64,000 nt of DNA from Candidatus Enterosoma merdigallinarum (GTDB lineage: Bacteria; Bacillota_I; Bacilli_A; RFN20; CAG-288). The position numbers and the translations under genes are program-made. Positions 17,427 through 27,507 of this stretch are shown one piece after another. The DNA lies in assembly GCA_018714385.1 (NCBI GenBank), contig DVNL01000007.1, positions 93,657 through 157,656 of the forward strand, given 5' to 3'. Under the pieces are notes generated by a model. The model was given only the letters and a program-made list of their open reading frames with translations. It was not told where the DNA came from and did not search any database. Position 1 is the stretch's first letter. Each line of letters starts with the position of its first letter.

Positions 17427-20400
17427 ATGGAAAACGATAGAAAAAACACGGAAGTCCAACCCGGGGCGAAGCGCTCCGTTCTGCCTATCCTTTGGGGAAT
17501 CATCCTTCTTTGCTTTGTCGTTGTGAGCTTTACCGGCATGACGGCCCTGGGAGGTTTCTTGACGTACTCTTTCGCCTTTCTTTTCGGCACCTTTTTCCCG
17601 GTCGTCCTTGTTCTTCTTGCCATCGTCGCCCTTTTGTTGATCATCCGTCGCAAGGTCCTCGAGAAAGGCAATCGGATCTTCGTCACGGGAGCGATCCTCC
17701 TCTTTCTGAGTATGCTTGCTCTGGGATCGAGCGCCCGGATTTCGGAAATCTCGGATTTTGTCTTCCCGCAGTTCCTCGATATTTATCTCGACGATATGTC
17801 CGAATTTTCCGATAAGGTTTTTCAGGTCCAGAATTATGCGGCTTTCGGCTCGCTCGGCGGCGGCTTTTTGGGGACGTTCCTTTTCGCTCTCTTCGCCTCG
17901 TTCATGAAGCCGTCCGGCGCCTTGGCTCTTTTTGTCATCCTTCTTCTCTGCGGGCTGTTCCTCGTCTTGGCAAAGCCGGTCAAGGATCTCGTTTTGATGC
18001 TGATGGGAAAGCGTTCCTCCAAGGTCGTCTATACTTCGCCTTTCCAGGACAAAAAGGGGAAGACACCGAAAGTCGTCAGCAAGAAAAAACAGAAGGAAGA
18101 GGACGAGATCGACCCGGAACTGACCAAGCCTTTTTCCGACAGCTGGTACCGGGATGAGAAACCGGCCTTCTATGGCCCCTCCTCCTCTTCTTTCTCGCAG
18201 CAGAGAGAAGAAACTCCCGTTCCCAGGGAGAAGGAAGAAGACACCGTCTTCCCTCAGCGTGCCGCTTTTGGAGAGCAGGACAATCTCCTCAAGGGATTCC
18301 GTCCGGCCCCTTCGGCCAAGCCTGTCTATGTCGAGGAAAGGAAGACGACCCCTATCGAGGACATTCGAAAAGAGCAGGAGAAGCAAGAGGGGGACAGCTA
18401 TCTCTCTTCCTCTCGCCTGGCATCCCGGGAGTTCCTTTCCGACAGGTCATCTGATCATGACGAGGAAGCGTCATCGAATTCCTTCTTGAGACGAGAGGCG
18501 CCGATGGATGCCCGTTTCCGCTTCGTTCAGGAAAAGCGGGAGGAGCCGGTTCAAGAAGCGTCGGTGGCGCAAGAGCCCGCCTTGGAAAGAGAAGAGGCCG
18601 AAGAAAGGGAAATCGAAGAGAAGATCGTCCGTACCGTCCCTGTCTTCCGGCCAGAGCCCGAGCCGGAACTCGTACAGGAAGTGAAAGCCGTCGAGGAGCC
18701 GGCGCCGAAGCTGAAGAAATCCCTGCCCCTCGACCTTGAGGAACAAGCGTCCAGACGAGCGAAGGACTTCCGTGAATCCTCCTTGAAGGGAGGAAGCACA
18801 TTCGAGGTCCTCCATGAGGAAGAGGAGGAAAGGGAATCCGTGCGGGAAGATCCGCTCGTTCTCCAGGCGAAATCCCTCAAGGACAAGAAAGTCATCGAAG
18901 ACCACCCGCATGAATTCCTCGTCGAAAGCGAAGAACCTGAACCCGAACCGGAGCCGGAACCGCCCCAGGAAGATCCCGAGGAAGTTCTCGAGCAGCGTTA
19001 TTTCGAACTTCGCAGGAAAAAAATCGAGGAAGAGAACGAAAAGAAGAGACGCGAGGAAGAGGAGAGGAAGGCCAAGGTCTACAAATATGTCTCCCCGACC
19101 AATCGTCGTTACGATTATGCCTTGCCTGACGATGCCCTGCTGGAAGAGAGAGACGATTCCGACAAGCTCATCGTCAACAACCAGTCCGCCCAGGAAAAGG
19201 CAAAGGTCATCAACAAGGTCTTCAACGACTTCCGAATCCAGGCGAAGGCCATCTCCTTCACCATCGGCGCATCTGTCACCCGTTTCAATATCCAGACGGA
19301 GCCCGGCGTCCGAAGCGAGAAGATCAGTTCCGTCCTCAGCGAGCTTCAGATCGCCCTCAACGGCGACAAGTCGGTCCGTATCGAGACCGTCGTCGAGGGA
19401 AGGACGACTTCCGGAATCGAAATCGGAAACGCCGCTCCGATGGCCGTCTCCTTCAAGGAGGCCTTCCAGGAAATCGAGAAGCACCCCGAATCCAACCTTC
19501 TCCTTCCTATCGGAAAGGATATCTCCGGGCAGATCGTGACCTATCCCTTGGACCAGATGCCGCATCTCCTCGTTGCCGGAACCACCGGATCAGGCAAATC
19601 TGTCCTCGTCCATTCCTTCATCATGACGCTCATCATGCGCAACTATCCCAGCCAGCTCAAGCTCATGCTGATCGATCCCAAGCAGGTCGAATTCGCAAAG
19701 TACAATCTCGAAAGCCATCTCTATTGTCCCGTGATCTCGGATGCCAATTCCGCTATCGTCGCCCTTCAAAAGCTCTGCGACGAGATGGATCGGCGCTATT
19801 CCGTCCTCAAGCAATGGGAATGCGTCAAGATGAGCGAATACCGGGCCAAGAGAAAGGGCCGGGAAGACGAGATGGAGGAAATGCCCGATGTCGTCTGCGT
19901 CATCGACGAGTTTGCCGATTTGATGCAGACCGGCGGAAGCGAAGTGGCCGAGACCGTTCAAAGGATCTCCCAGAAGGCAAGGGCAGCCGGAATCTACCTC
20001 ATCATCGCGACCCAGAGGCCGAGCAAGGATGTCATCCCGATGGTCATCAAGAGCAACATTTCCTGCCGCATCGGTCTCTCCTGCTCTACGGCGGTCGATT
20101 CCCGTGTCATCCTCGACGAGAACGGCGCGGAGACGCTGCTCGGCCGTGGCGATCTCCTCTTCAAATGCCCTGGCAAGAAATCCCTCATCCGTGCCCAGTC
20201 CCCATATATCTCCAACGCCGACATCGATACCGTCCTCGACTACGTCAAGGGGCATGCCGGCGATCCCAACTACGATCCCGAGTTCCTGGACTTGGAAGTG
20301 AAGAACGACGATCCGACCAACGGCAAGATGGAAGGGGAAGGCGATCTCTACGAGGAAGTCAAGGACTTCGTCATGAAGACGGGAATCGTCAGCAAGTCCG

Positions 20401-20534
20401 CTCTCATGCGCAACTTCTCCATCTCTTATTCCAAGTCCGATCAGTTCATCGCCCGTCTTCGCAATGAAGGCATCGTACAGACGATACAGGGCGGCAAAAA
20501 TGTCGTCGTCCAAAGAATCCCCATGGAGGAATGA
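17427..20534 (+). CDS. ftsK: DNA translocase FtsK/SpoIIIE
   Basis: N-terminal 4-TM anchor, about 350-aa acidic/Pro-rich linker, then a motor domain (HLLVAGTTGSGKSV, Walker B VCVIDEFADL, ATQRPS) and a gamma winged helix. Start set to ATG 17427 (MENDRKN); the ORF-track start at 17004 overlaps the antisense small gene. Confidence 0.92.
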   Translation: MENDRKNTEVQPGAKRSVLPILWGIILLCFVVVSFTGMTALGGFLTYSFAFLFGTFFPVVLVLLAIVALLLIIRRKVLEKGNRIFVTGAILLFLSMLALGSSARISEISDFVFPQFLDIYLDDMSEFSDKVFQVQNYAAFGSLGGGFLGTFLFALFASFMKPSGALALFVILLLCGLFLVLAKPVKDLVLMLMGKRSSKVVYTSPFQDKKGKTPKVVSKKKQKEEDEIDPELTKPFSDSWYRDEKPAFYGPSSSSFSQQREETPVPREKEEDTVFPQRAAFGEQDNLLKGFRPAPSAKPVYVEERKTTPIEDIRKEQEKQEGDSYLSSSRLASREFLSDRSSDHDEEASSNSFLRREAPMDARFRFVQEKREEPVQEASVAQEPALEREEAEEREIEEKIVRTVPVFRPEPEPELVQEVKAVEEPAPKLKKSLPLDLEEQASRRAKDFRESSLKGGSTFEVLHEEEEERESVREDPLVLQAKSLKDKKVIEDHPHEFLVESEEPEPEPEPEPPQEDPEEVLEQRYFELRRKKIEEENEKKRREEEERKAKVYKYVSPTNRRYDYALPDDALLEERDDSDKLIVNNQSAQEKAKVINKVFNDFRIQAKAISFTIGASVTRFNIQTEPGVRSEKISSVLSELQIALNGDKSVRIETVVEGRTTSGIEIGNAAPMAVSFKEAFQEIEKHPESNLLLPIGKDISGQIVTYPLDQMPHLLVAGTTGSGKSVLVHSFIMTLIMRNYPSQLKLMLIDPKQVEFAKYNLESHLYCPVISDANSAIVALQKLCDEMDRRYSVLKQWECVKMSEYRAKRKGREDEMEEMPDVVCVIDEFADLMQTGGSEVAETVQRISQKARAAGIYLIIATQRPSKDVIPMVIKSNISCRIGLSCSTAVDSRVILDENGAETLLGRGDLLFKCPGKKSLIRAQSPYISNADIDTVLDYVKGHAGDPNYDPEFLDLEVKNDDPTNGKMEGEGDLYEEVKDFVMKTGIVSKSALMRNFSISYSKSDQFIARLRNEGIVQTIQGGKNVVVQRIPMEE
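18933..18962 (+). repeat. (GAACCN)5 hexanucleotide repeat encoding EPEPEPEPEP in the FtsK linker
   Basis: gaacct gaaccc gaaccg gagccg gaaccg, read directly. Confidence 0.85.
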
Positions 20535-21631
20535 TGAAAGATATTTCCTGCTATACCGATCACGATTCGCATCGGTCCATCCTTTCAATCCTCGTCCCGA
20601 CGGCCGATGTCGACCGGGACGATCTTGTCCTGCTTTCCGAAATGCTGCATCTGGCCCCCGAAACGGGACTCAAGGGAAGCTACCTTGCCCTGGCCGGTCT
20701 CTCTCTTTCTTTCCGTCCCGTCGTCCTCGGCAAGAAGAATGCCCTTCTTGTCGCCATGGATCAGACGGAGGACAAAAGCCTCACCTATCTTTTCAAGGAT
20801 CCCTATCGCCAGGTCGGCGAGGTTCTCTCCCATCTGCTGAAGGAAGGCTTCGCGAAAGAGGATTCCGTTCTTGCCCAGGCCAAACGCAGGGTTCTCAGGA
20901 GGCATCCTCTCCCTGCGGATAGGATCGCCTATGAAAACAGACTTCCTCTCGCTTTGGTCGTGCCGGATGCCGAGAGACTTCCAGAAAGGAAGCTTGCCGA
21001 CGTGGAAAAGGCCTTGTCTTGCTTCGCTTCAAGCCAGGTCTTGAAAGTCTATTCCGGGTCGGCGAAGAGGGATTTCTCCTTGCCCTATCCTTCTTTCTCT
21101 AAAGCGGAAGATTTCTCCGCCGTCAAGGACATTGTTATCAAGGAGAAGAGCGATGGCGAAAGCCTGCTTCTAGAGCTGTCGCATCGTCCTCTTTCTTCTC
21201 TGGAAGACTTCTTCTCTCTTCTATCGGCCTATGAGACTTTCAAGCGTTCGTGCTCGCTCTATTTCCGGCGGATGATGCTGGCCGACATCGATTACCGCCT
21301 TTGTCCCGTTTCTCCGGAAAAAAGCGCCATCGTCCTTTCCTTTGCCTCAGACAATCTCAGCCTTCTTCGACGGCAGATCCCCTTCAAAGCGAAGGAAAGC
21401 CTGCCTTTCCTCTACGACAGGGCAAGGAGTGACGACGTTTTGTTCCGCCAGGAGGAACTGCTCCTGAATATCGACAGGAGACGCTATCTTTCCTTGCTTC
21501 TCTCCCTTGCTCTTCTTTCCCTTCCGCCGGATGGTCTTTTTGTGGAACACAAAGGGGAAGAAGCCAAGGATATCTACGAATCCATGAAAATCGAGGCCAT
21601 CGCCTGGGCCACCTTGGGAGGACGAAAATGA
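20531..21631 (+). CDS. Hypothetical protein, possible M16 (pitrilysin)-fold non-peptidase homologue
   Basis: 366-aa ORF translationally coupled on both sides (ATGA overlaps). Weak M16-like N-terminus and no HxxEH. Position after ftsK parallels Bacillus ymfF/ymfH (from memory). Confidence 0.6.
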   Translation: MMKDISCYTDHDSHRSILSILVPTADVDRDDLVLLSEMLHLAPETGLKGSYLALAGLSLSFRPVVLGKKNALLVAMDQTEDKSLTYLFKDPYRQVGEVLSHLLKEGFAKEDSVLAQAKRRVLRRHPLPADRIAYENRLPLALVVPDAERLPERKLADVEKALSCFASSQVLKVYSGSAKRDFSLPYPSFSKAEDFSAVKDIVIKEKSDGESLLLELSHRPLSSLEDFFSLLSAYETFKRSCSLYFRRMMLADIDYRLCPVSPEKSAIVLSFASDNLSLLRRQIPFKAKESLPFLYDRARSDDVLFRQEELLLNIDRRRYLSLLLSLALLSLPPDGLFVEHKGEEAKDIYESMKIEAIAWATLGGRK

Positions 21632-22857
21632 TCAAGAGCGACTATGGGCATCTTTCCTGCCCCTTCTATGAACAGAAGCTCAAAAGCGGCCTGAAGGTCC
21701 TTTTCATTCCTGGAAAGGCGAAGACGGAAAGCGCCATCGTCTATCTGTCCCAAGGCGGCTATCTCCACGACGAGAAGATCGAGTCCAGCAAGATTCCTTT
21801 CGGAACGGCATTCTACCTTTCCGAGATGGTGATGGACGAGTCTTTCCGGGCCAAGCTCGCCCAAAAGGGAGCCTATGGCGAAAAGGCCTCCGATCTTTCT
21901 TATACCTATTTCCAGGTGACGTCCGCCAAAGACATCTTCACGCCTCTTTCGATGCTTCTCGAACGCCTTTACAACATGGACTTCTCCGAGGAGATCCTCG
22001 AAGGCAAGAAGGATGTCCTTTCTCCTCGGAACGAGGGCCTTTCCCTTGCCAAGAAGAACCTGCTTCTCAATCTCTATTCGTCCTCACCGATTCGTCTCGG
22101 CGTCGTTCCGGACAGGGATCAGGCCATTCCCATCCATGTCACCGCCCTGAAGAAATATCTTCAGCGCTATTATGTCCCCAATAGGGTCACACTCATCATC
22201 AGGGGAGACTATACGCCTGGGGAATGCATGGCGAAGATCGAAAAACTTCGCCTTCCCAAAGACGTGGTCACTTTCAGCAAGGAACTGACTTTCGACGAGG
22301 ACTACAAGAACCCCCGCGTCGAGTATGCCTCCTCCAAGTCTCCGGACGGAAACTATCTCACTTTCGGAATCAAGTTCCAGCCGAGAGAAACGTTGTATGA
22401 GAAATTCGGGCAATTGATGTTCTTTGCCTACGAAGTCTTGAAAGAGACTCTGTTCTTGGAGAATCCCATTTTCCTGAAAGGGATACGGGATGTCGACAGC
22501 GACCTGATTGATGTTTCTTTCCATGAAGGCGGAGAGGACGGGTATCTTCTGCTTTCCTTCCACACCCAAAAGCCTGTTGCCCTTCTTTCCTTCTTGACGG
22601 ACTATCTCTCCAAGGCGGACAAGATGGTCGACCGTCCTCTTTTCTCGGACGTGCTCGACGGGTATTTTGCCAAAGGCATCGCCCTTTTAAGAGATCCCCA
22701 TGCCTGCGTCCAGGCTTTTTCCAAGGCTTATGCCAACAATCTCCCCTATACTTCCCTGCTTTCCCTGACGGCGAAGATGAACTTCCGTTCCTTCAAGACG
22801 TTCCTGAAAGACTTCTCGACGTTCACGCGGTCGGCTTATTTTCTCAAGAGGGGATGA
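21628..22857 (+). CDS. M16-family (insulinase-like) protein lacking the HxxEH zinc motif
   Basis: The N-terminus follows the M16 pattern (FYEQKLKSGLKVLFIP...GTAFYLSEMVMDE, where GxAHxLEHMxF is expected), and YYVPNRVTLIIRGDY is present. There is no HxxEH anywhere in the 409 aa. Confidence 0.7.
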   Translation: MIKSDYGHLSCPFYEQKLKSGLKVLFIPGKAKTESAIVYLSQGGYLHDEKIESSKIPFGTAFYLSEMVMDESFRAKLAQKGAYGEKASDLSYTYFQVTSAKDIFTPLSMLLERLYNMDFSEEILEGKKDVLSPRNEGLSLAKKNLLLNLYSSSPIRLGVVPDRDQAIPIHVTALKKYLQRYYVPNRVTLIIRGDYTPGECMAKIEKLRLPKDVVTFSKELTFDEDYKNPRVEYASSKSPDGNYLTFGIKFQPRETLYEKFGQLMFFAYEVLKETLFLENPIFLKGIRDVDSDLIDVSFHEGGEDGYLLLSFHTQKPVALLSFLTDYLSKADKMVDRPLFSDVLDGYFAKGIALLRDPHACVQAFSKAYANNLPYTSLLSLTAKMNFRSFKTFLKDFSTFTRSAYFLKRG

Positions 22858-23183
22858 GGATGGAAGGCCTCGGCGTCGATGTCTCCCTCATCGAGAGGTT
22901 CCAGGACAAAGAGGATTTGGCTAGGCGTATCCTCTCTCCGGCGGAATGGGAGACGTATCGGACCAGTCCTTCTCCTGCCGCTTTCCTTTCCAGCCGTTTT
23001 TCCGTCAAGGAAGCCTATGTCAAGGCTAGCGGGGACAAGAGCGTCGACTACCGTGACTTGGAAGTGAGGAAGGACGCGGAAGGAAAGCCGACCCTGTTTC
23101 TCAAGGGGGAAAAGGTGGACTGCCTGCTTTCCCTCAGCCACGATTTCGTCTCCGTCGCCGTCTTGATTCTGAAGAAAGGATGA
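22854..23183 (+). CDS. acpS: Holo-[acyl-carrier-protein] synthase (4'-phosphopantetheinyl transferase)
   Basis: GVDVSLIERF start, FSVKEAYVKA, and LSLSHD near the C-terminus. 109 aa. Confidence 0.88.
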   Translation: MRMEGLGVDVSLIERFQDKEDLARRILSPAEWETYRTSPSPAAFLSSRFSVKEAYVKASGDKSVDYRDLEVRKDAEGKPTLFLKGEKVDCLLSLSHDFVSVAVLILKKG

Positions 23184-25333
23184 GACTTATGAAAAAGATC
23201 ATGATGCAGGCCATTGCCAAGCAGGGCGATGTCCTGGAAGTCACCTTCAGCAAGGATTTCTACACCAAGCCGCAGAACGATTTCCGGATCTATGAAGACG
23301 GCAAGCTGCGGATGAAAGTCCGTCCAGTCAGCCAGTCCGAATCCGGTTCCTCCTATATCTACACCATGATCACAAAGGGCCTTTCCTATGTCCCGGGACG
23401 GAAATATCAGGTCAAGACGAAAGAAAACTATTTCATCGACATCGACATCTCCTTCCTCGCACTCACCCCGGATTTCGAGAGGCGATATCGATACGATGGC
23501 CGTCTCGGTGCGGAATATCATCCCGACAGGACCATCTTCCGCGTCTTCTCTCCTTTCGCCACCATGATCGTCCTCAAGCTCATGAAGAAGGGGGAAACGG
23601 AATACAAGACCTACAGGATGCGCCGCGACGATGGGTACGGCATCTATGAGCTGGAGATCGAAGGCGATCTCGATGAGGCACGATATCTCTATTGCCCGGA
23701 AATCTTCGGCGACATGAGCGATGTCCCCGATCCCTATGCCTATGGCCTCGGGAGAAATTCTCTCTGCTCCTACGTCATCGACCCGGAGAAGGTGAAGCGG
23801 ATCGAGACGTTTTCGGAGCATCTTCCGCCTTTCTCGGATCGTTCCAAGGCCATTCTCTATGAATGTTCCATCCGGGACATGACGTCCAAGACATCCCTTT
23901 CCAACAAAATGACTTACAACGCCCTCGCCAAAGAGGGATTGAAGACCAAGGGCGGATTGCCGATGGGACTGGACTATCTTTCAAGCCTCGGCGTGACGCA
24001 TATCCAGCTCCAGCCCGTCCTGGACTTCCAGACGATCGACGACGACGATCCTGCCTCGACGTACAACTGGGGCTACGATCCTTCGTTCTATTTCGCTCCG
24101 GAAGGATCCTATTGCAGCGATCCCGACGATCCGTATTGCCGCATCGTCGAGCTGAGAAAGCTTGTCGGCGCCCTGCACAAGAAAGGCCTGCGCGTCGTCC
24201 TCGACGTCGTCTACAACCATGTCTATACCGCCATATTCAACCCTCTCTCGATCCTCGTTCCCCGATATTATTTCCGTCACAACAATGACCAGACTCTCTC
24301 CGGCGGCTCCGGCTGCGGAAACGACCTCGAGAGCCGCAAATACATGACGAGAAAGCTCATCAAGGATTCTCTCCACCATCTCGTCGACTTCTATGACTGC
24401 GATGGTTTTCGATTCGATCTCATGGGCATCACCGATATCGAGACGCTTCGGCAGGCCTACGAGGAACTTTCGGAAAAGAAACCGGAAATCCTCTTCTACG
24501 GAGAGGGGTGGGATCTCTTCACGAATCTGCCGGCAGACCTGAAAGCCACTCAATACAATTCTTACAAGATGCCTTTCTGCGCCTTCTTCAATGATCGCTT
24601 CCGCGATGTCGTCAAAGGAAAGACGGGACATACCGAGCTTGCCGTTCGCGGCTACCTCTCCGGCGATACCAACTACCTCGACGGGTTCAAGCACGTCTTC
24701 CTCGGATCTTCCATCGCCATCGCCTTTGCTCCTCTTTTTGCGACACCGGACCAGTCCCTCAACTATGTGGAATGCCATGATAATCATACCCTCTACGACA
24801 AGCTGAAGATATGCTGCCAGGGCGAGAGCGACGAGGAGATCTTCAAACGCATGAAGATGATCACGGTCGCCATATTGACTTCCTGCGGCATTCCTTTCTT
24901 CCATGCCGGACAGGAAATCGGCATGAGCAAGAAGGGGGATGGAAACTCCTACGATGCCGGGGATGCCGTCAACGGATTCGACTATTCGCTCCTCGACCAG
25001 AGGAAGGATCTCTATCTCTTCTTCCGCGATGCCATCCAGCTCAAGAAGAGGCTCGTGAGCCTTGTCGGCAAAGAACACGATGAACTAAGATCCCTCATCT
25101 CGTTTGAGAATCTGCCTTTCGGAGCCGTCAAGATCGACTATCGCCTTCGGGACTTCACCATCTTCGTCATTTTCAACCCGACGCGGAACTCCTTCACCTA
25201 TTCCTTCGCCGACTACAGCCAGCTCATCTTCAACGAGGCCGGCAATGTCGAGGAACAGGATTACTACGTGAAGCTTGCCATCGTCAGCGCCCTTTCCGTC
25301 AGCGTCTATATTTCCAGGAGGAGAGAAGAATGA
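23180..25333 (+). CDS. pulA: Type I pullulanase / debranching enzyme (GH13), no signal peptide
   Basis: YNWGYDPSFYFAPEGSY, VVLDVVYNHV, GFRFDLMG, YGEGWD and YVECHDNHTL are the GH13 conserved regions with the pullulanase-specific YNWGYDP. The N-terminus is not signal-peptide-like. Confidence 0.92.
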   Translation: MRLMKKIMMQAIAKQGDVLEVTFSKDFYTKPQNDFRIYEDGKLRMKVRPVSQSESGSSYIYTMITKGLSYVPGRKYQVKTKENYFIDIDISFLALTPDFERRYRYDGRLGAEYHPDRTIFRVFSPFATMIVLKLMKKGETEYKTYRMRRDDGYGIYELEIEGDLDEARYLYCPEIFGDMSDVPDPYAYGLGRNSLCSYVIDPEKVKRIETFSEHLPPFSDRSKAILYECSIRDMTSKTSLSNKMTYNALAKEGLKTKGGLPMGLDYLSSLGVTHIQLQPVLDFQTIDDDDPASTYNWGYDPSFYFAPEGSYCSDPDDPYCRIVELRKLVGALHKKGLRVVLDVVYNHVYTAIFNPLSILVPRYYFRHNNDQTLSGGSGCGNDLESRKYMTRKLIKDSLHHLVDFYDCDGFRFDLMGITDIETLRQAYEELSEKKPEILFYGEGWDLFTNLPADLKATQYNSYKMPFCAFFNDRFRDVVKGKTGHTELAVRGYLSGDTNYLDGFKHVFLGSSIAIAFAPLFATPDQSLNYVECHDNHTLYDKLKICCQGESDEEIFKRMKMITVAILTSCGIPFFHAGQEIGMSKKGDGNSYDAGDAVNGFDYSLLDQRKDLYLFFRDAIQLKKRLVSLVGKEHDELRSLISFENLPFGAVKIDYRLRDFTIFVIFNPTRNSFTYSFADYSQLIFNEAGNVEEQDYYVKLAIVSALSVSVYISRRREE

Positions 25334-26124
25334 TCAAATATGCACGCATCGTCCTCACCGGAGGATTCTACCTTCTTCGCGATTTTCCGAAAGTCATAAA
25401 GCACAGCAAGCATCCCGAGCGTTACGATCTCATGGACCGTTTCCTCCAAGTGAAGAAGGTCGTCCAGGAGATCAATCGTTCCTCATTCCACGCCGAGTTC
25501 CTCGTCGAAGGGATGGAGGACATTCCCGAGGGCCAAGTCCTCTTCGTCGGAAACCACGTCTCGCTCTACGATCCCGTCGCCATGGCGACCATCATCGACA
25601 GGCCTGTCGGTTTCCTGTGCAAGAAGGAAGTCGAGAAGATGCCCCTCGCCTCGCAGGTGGCAAAATCCCTCGACAGCACGTTCATCGATCGGGAAGACCT
25701 CAGAAGCGAGATCAAGGCGATCGCAAACCTGACGCGGAAAATGGAGAAAGACAAGCGTCTGTCCTATGTCATCTTCCCCGAGGGGACACGGTCCAAGAGG
25801 CCGGATTTCGAACTGCTCCCCTTCCATTCGGGATCCTTCAAGGTGGCGACGAAGCTCCAGATTCCCGTCGTCCCCTTCGCCTTCTATCTGACGGACAGGA
25901 TTCTCAACCAGCGCTACCACTATCATCGCTATCCCGTCCAGGTCCGCTTCCTGAAGCCGATCCTCCCTTCCGAATACGAGAACCTGGACACGAAACAGAT
26001 CGCCGACATCGCCAGGGAGCGCATCGCCTCCGCCCTGTCCGAGATGAAGGCCAAAGACCGGGGACTTGTGAAAAGTCTCAACGGCTATTCCGACAAGAAG
26101 GTCGACAAGATCCTCCACCGCTAA
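25330..26124 (+). CDS. plsC: 1-acyl-sn-glycerol-3-phosphate acyltransferase
   Basis: HX4D block (VGNHVSLYDP) and FPEGTRS block. 264 aa. Confidence 0.9.
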   Translation: MIKYARIVLTGGFYLLRDFPKVIKHSKHPERYDLMDRFLQVKKVVQEINRSSFHAEFLVEGMEDIPEGQVLFVGNHVSLYDPVAMATIIDRPVGFLCKKEVEKMPLASQVAKSLDSTFIDREDLRSEIKAIANLTRKMEKDKRLSYVIFPEGTRSKRPDFELLPFHSGSFKVATKLQIPVVPFAFYLTDRILNQRYHYHRYPVQVRFLKPILPSEYENLDTKQIADIARERIASALSEMKAKDRGLVKSLNGYSDKKVDKILHR

Positions 26125-26131
26125 AATGACT

Positions 26132-26155
26132 GCCGCCCGGAAGGACGGCTTTTTT
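26132..26155 (+). terminator. Terminator after plsC
   Basis: GCCGCCC ggaa GGACGGC (one mismatch) followed by TTTTTT. Confidence 0.65.
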
Positions 26156-26163
26156 CACGCATG

Positions 26164-26191
26164 AGAAAAGCCACGCTTTTCGGCGTAGCTT
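26164..26191 (-). terminator. Terminator after the Sel1-repeat gene
   Basis: Minus strand AAGCTACGC cgaaaa GCGTGGCTT followed by TTCTC. 9 bp including one G-U pair. Confidence 0.55.
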
Positions 26192-26212
26192 CAAATTCAA
26201 GGAAGCGAGGAA

Positions 26213-27478
26213 TCAGAGATGGAGGGCGGAGGAGAGGGGATCTTGTTTGCAGGTATCGGGATCGTAGCCGTTCATGATGGCATATCTCTCATGCTCCCTG
26301 GAAAGGCTGATTTCCTGACGGGAGGCATCGATTTCAGCCATGTTGTGATAACTCAGACCATAGCCTCTCTCGCCGGCGAGGGAGTAGTAGCGATAGGCAA
26401 TCTCGAGATTCTTGGGGTTGGTGACCTTGGAACGATAGGCATCGCCGATGTAGTTGAGGGCAGGGGCATAGCCGAGTCTTGCGGCTTTGACGATGTGCTC
26501 GTGGCCGAGGGCTTCATTGTAGAAATAGGTGTCGGGGGAGAGATAGAGGAGTCCGAGGCGATATTCGGCGACGGAGGAACCGCGGGCGATGGCGATTTCG
26601 TAGTTGCTCTTGGCAAGCTCGAAGTTGGGGGAGACGAAGGAGGACTTGCCTTCGTAGAGATAGGCCAAGAGGACGGCGGCTCTCATGGAGCCTTCCTCGA
26701 CGGCGGTCTTCAGAAGCTCGACGCCATCGGCGACTTCCTTCTCGGTGGAGACAGGAGAGTCGATGAGACGGATGGCACGGATGAGAATCTGATCGCCTTC
26801 GATGACGGTCTGGACTTTCTTGCTGTCGGAAGTATAGGTCTTGCCTTCGGGTTTGACTTCGATAGCCTTCTCGACGGGCTTCTCCTCGACAGGCTCGGGC
26901 TTGGGCTCTTCGACGACGGCCTTCTCCTCGACAGGAGCGACGACGGGTTCGACAGGCTTTTCCTCGGGGGCAGCCTTTTCTTCGTGGGCGGCGACAGGGA
27001 ACGTCTCGGCAGCAGGAGCGGCCTCGACGACAGGCGTGGAAAGAGCGGGAGCCGTGGTGGCGGAACCGGAGGCGAGCTCCTTCTCGAGCTGGCTCAGTCT
27101 TTCCTTGGCGGCATCGTCGCCGAGCTCGATGGCTTTCTTATAGTATTCCATCGCCTTGTTCTTGTCGGCTTCCTCGGTTCCGAGGGCATAATTGTAATAA
27201 TCACCCATCTCGCGATAGTCGAGGCAATCGAGGGTGTTGCTGTCCGCTTTGGAGAAATAGCCATAAGCATTGTCATAGAACTTTCTGGCTTCATCGGCGT
27301 TGCCTTCAAGTCCAGGGATGCCTTCGCGGATGATCCGTCCGATCTCAAAGAAGGACTTGCCCTTGGTCGTGCCGTGTTTGGCGGATTTGTTGATCAGCTT
27401 GAGGGCTGTGTCGATCTTCTTTCCCTCGGCCAACAGGTTCAGACCGGCTTCCAGATTCTTATCCATGGTATAAGACAT
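26213..27478 (-). CDS. Sel1/TPR-like repeat protein with central Pro/Glu/Val-rich linker, cytoplasmic
   Basis: Sel1-type repeats (AMEYYKKAIELGDDAA; AEYRLGLLYL; APALNYIGDAYR) around the linker EEKAAPEEKPVEPVVAPVEEKAVVEEPKPEPVEEKPVEK. GGAGGA SD and a near-consensus promoter upstream. Confidence 0.8.
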   Translation of the reverse strand: MSYTMDKNLEAGLNLLAEGKKIDTALKLINKSAKHGTTKGKSFFEIGRIIREGIPGLEGNADEARKFYDNAYGYFSKADSNTLDCLDYREMGDYYNYALGTEEADKNKAMEYYKKAIELGDDAAKERLSQLEKELASGSATTAPALSTPVVEAAPAAETFPVAAHEEKAAPEEKPVEPVVAPVEEKAVVEEPKPEPVEEKPVEKAIEVKPEGKTYTSDSKKVQTVIEGDQILIRAIRLIDSPVSTEKEVADGVELLKTAVEEGSMRAAVLLAYLYEGKSSFVSPNFELAKSNYEIAIARGSSVAEYRLGLLYLSPDTYFYNEALGHEHIVKAARLGYAPALNYIGDAYRSKVTNPKNLEIAYRYYSLAGERGYGLSYHNMAEIDASRQEISLSREHERYAIMNGYDPDTCKQDPLSSALHL

Positions 27479-27507
27479 ACTTTCTTCCTCCGTTAAAAGT
27501 TAATCAT

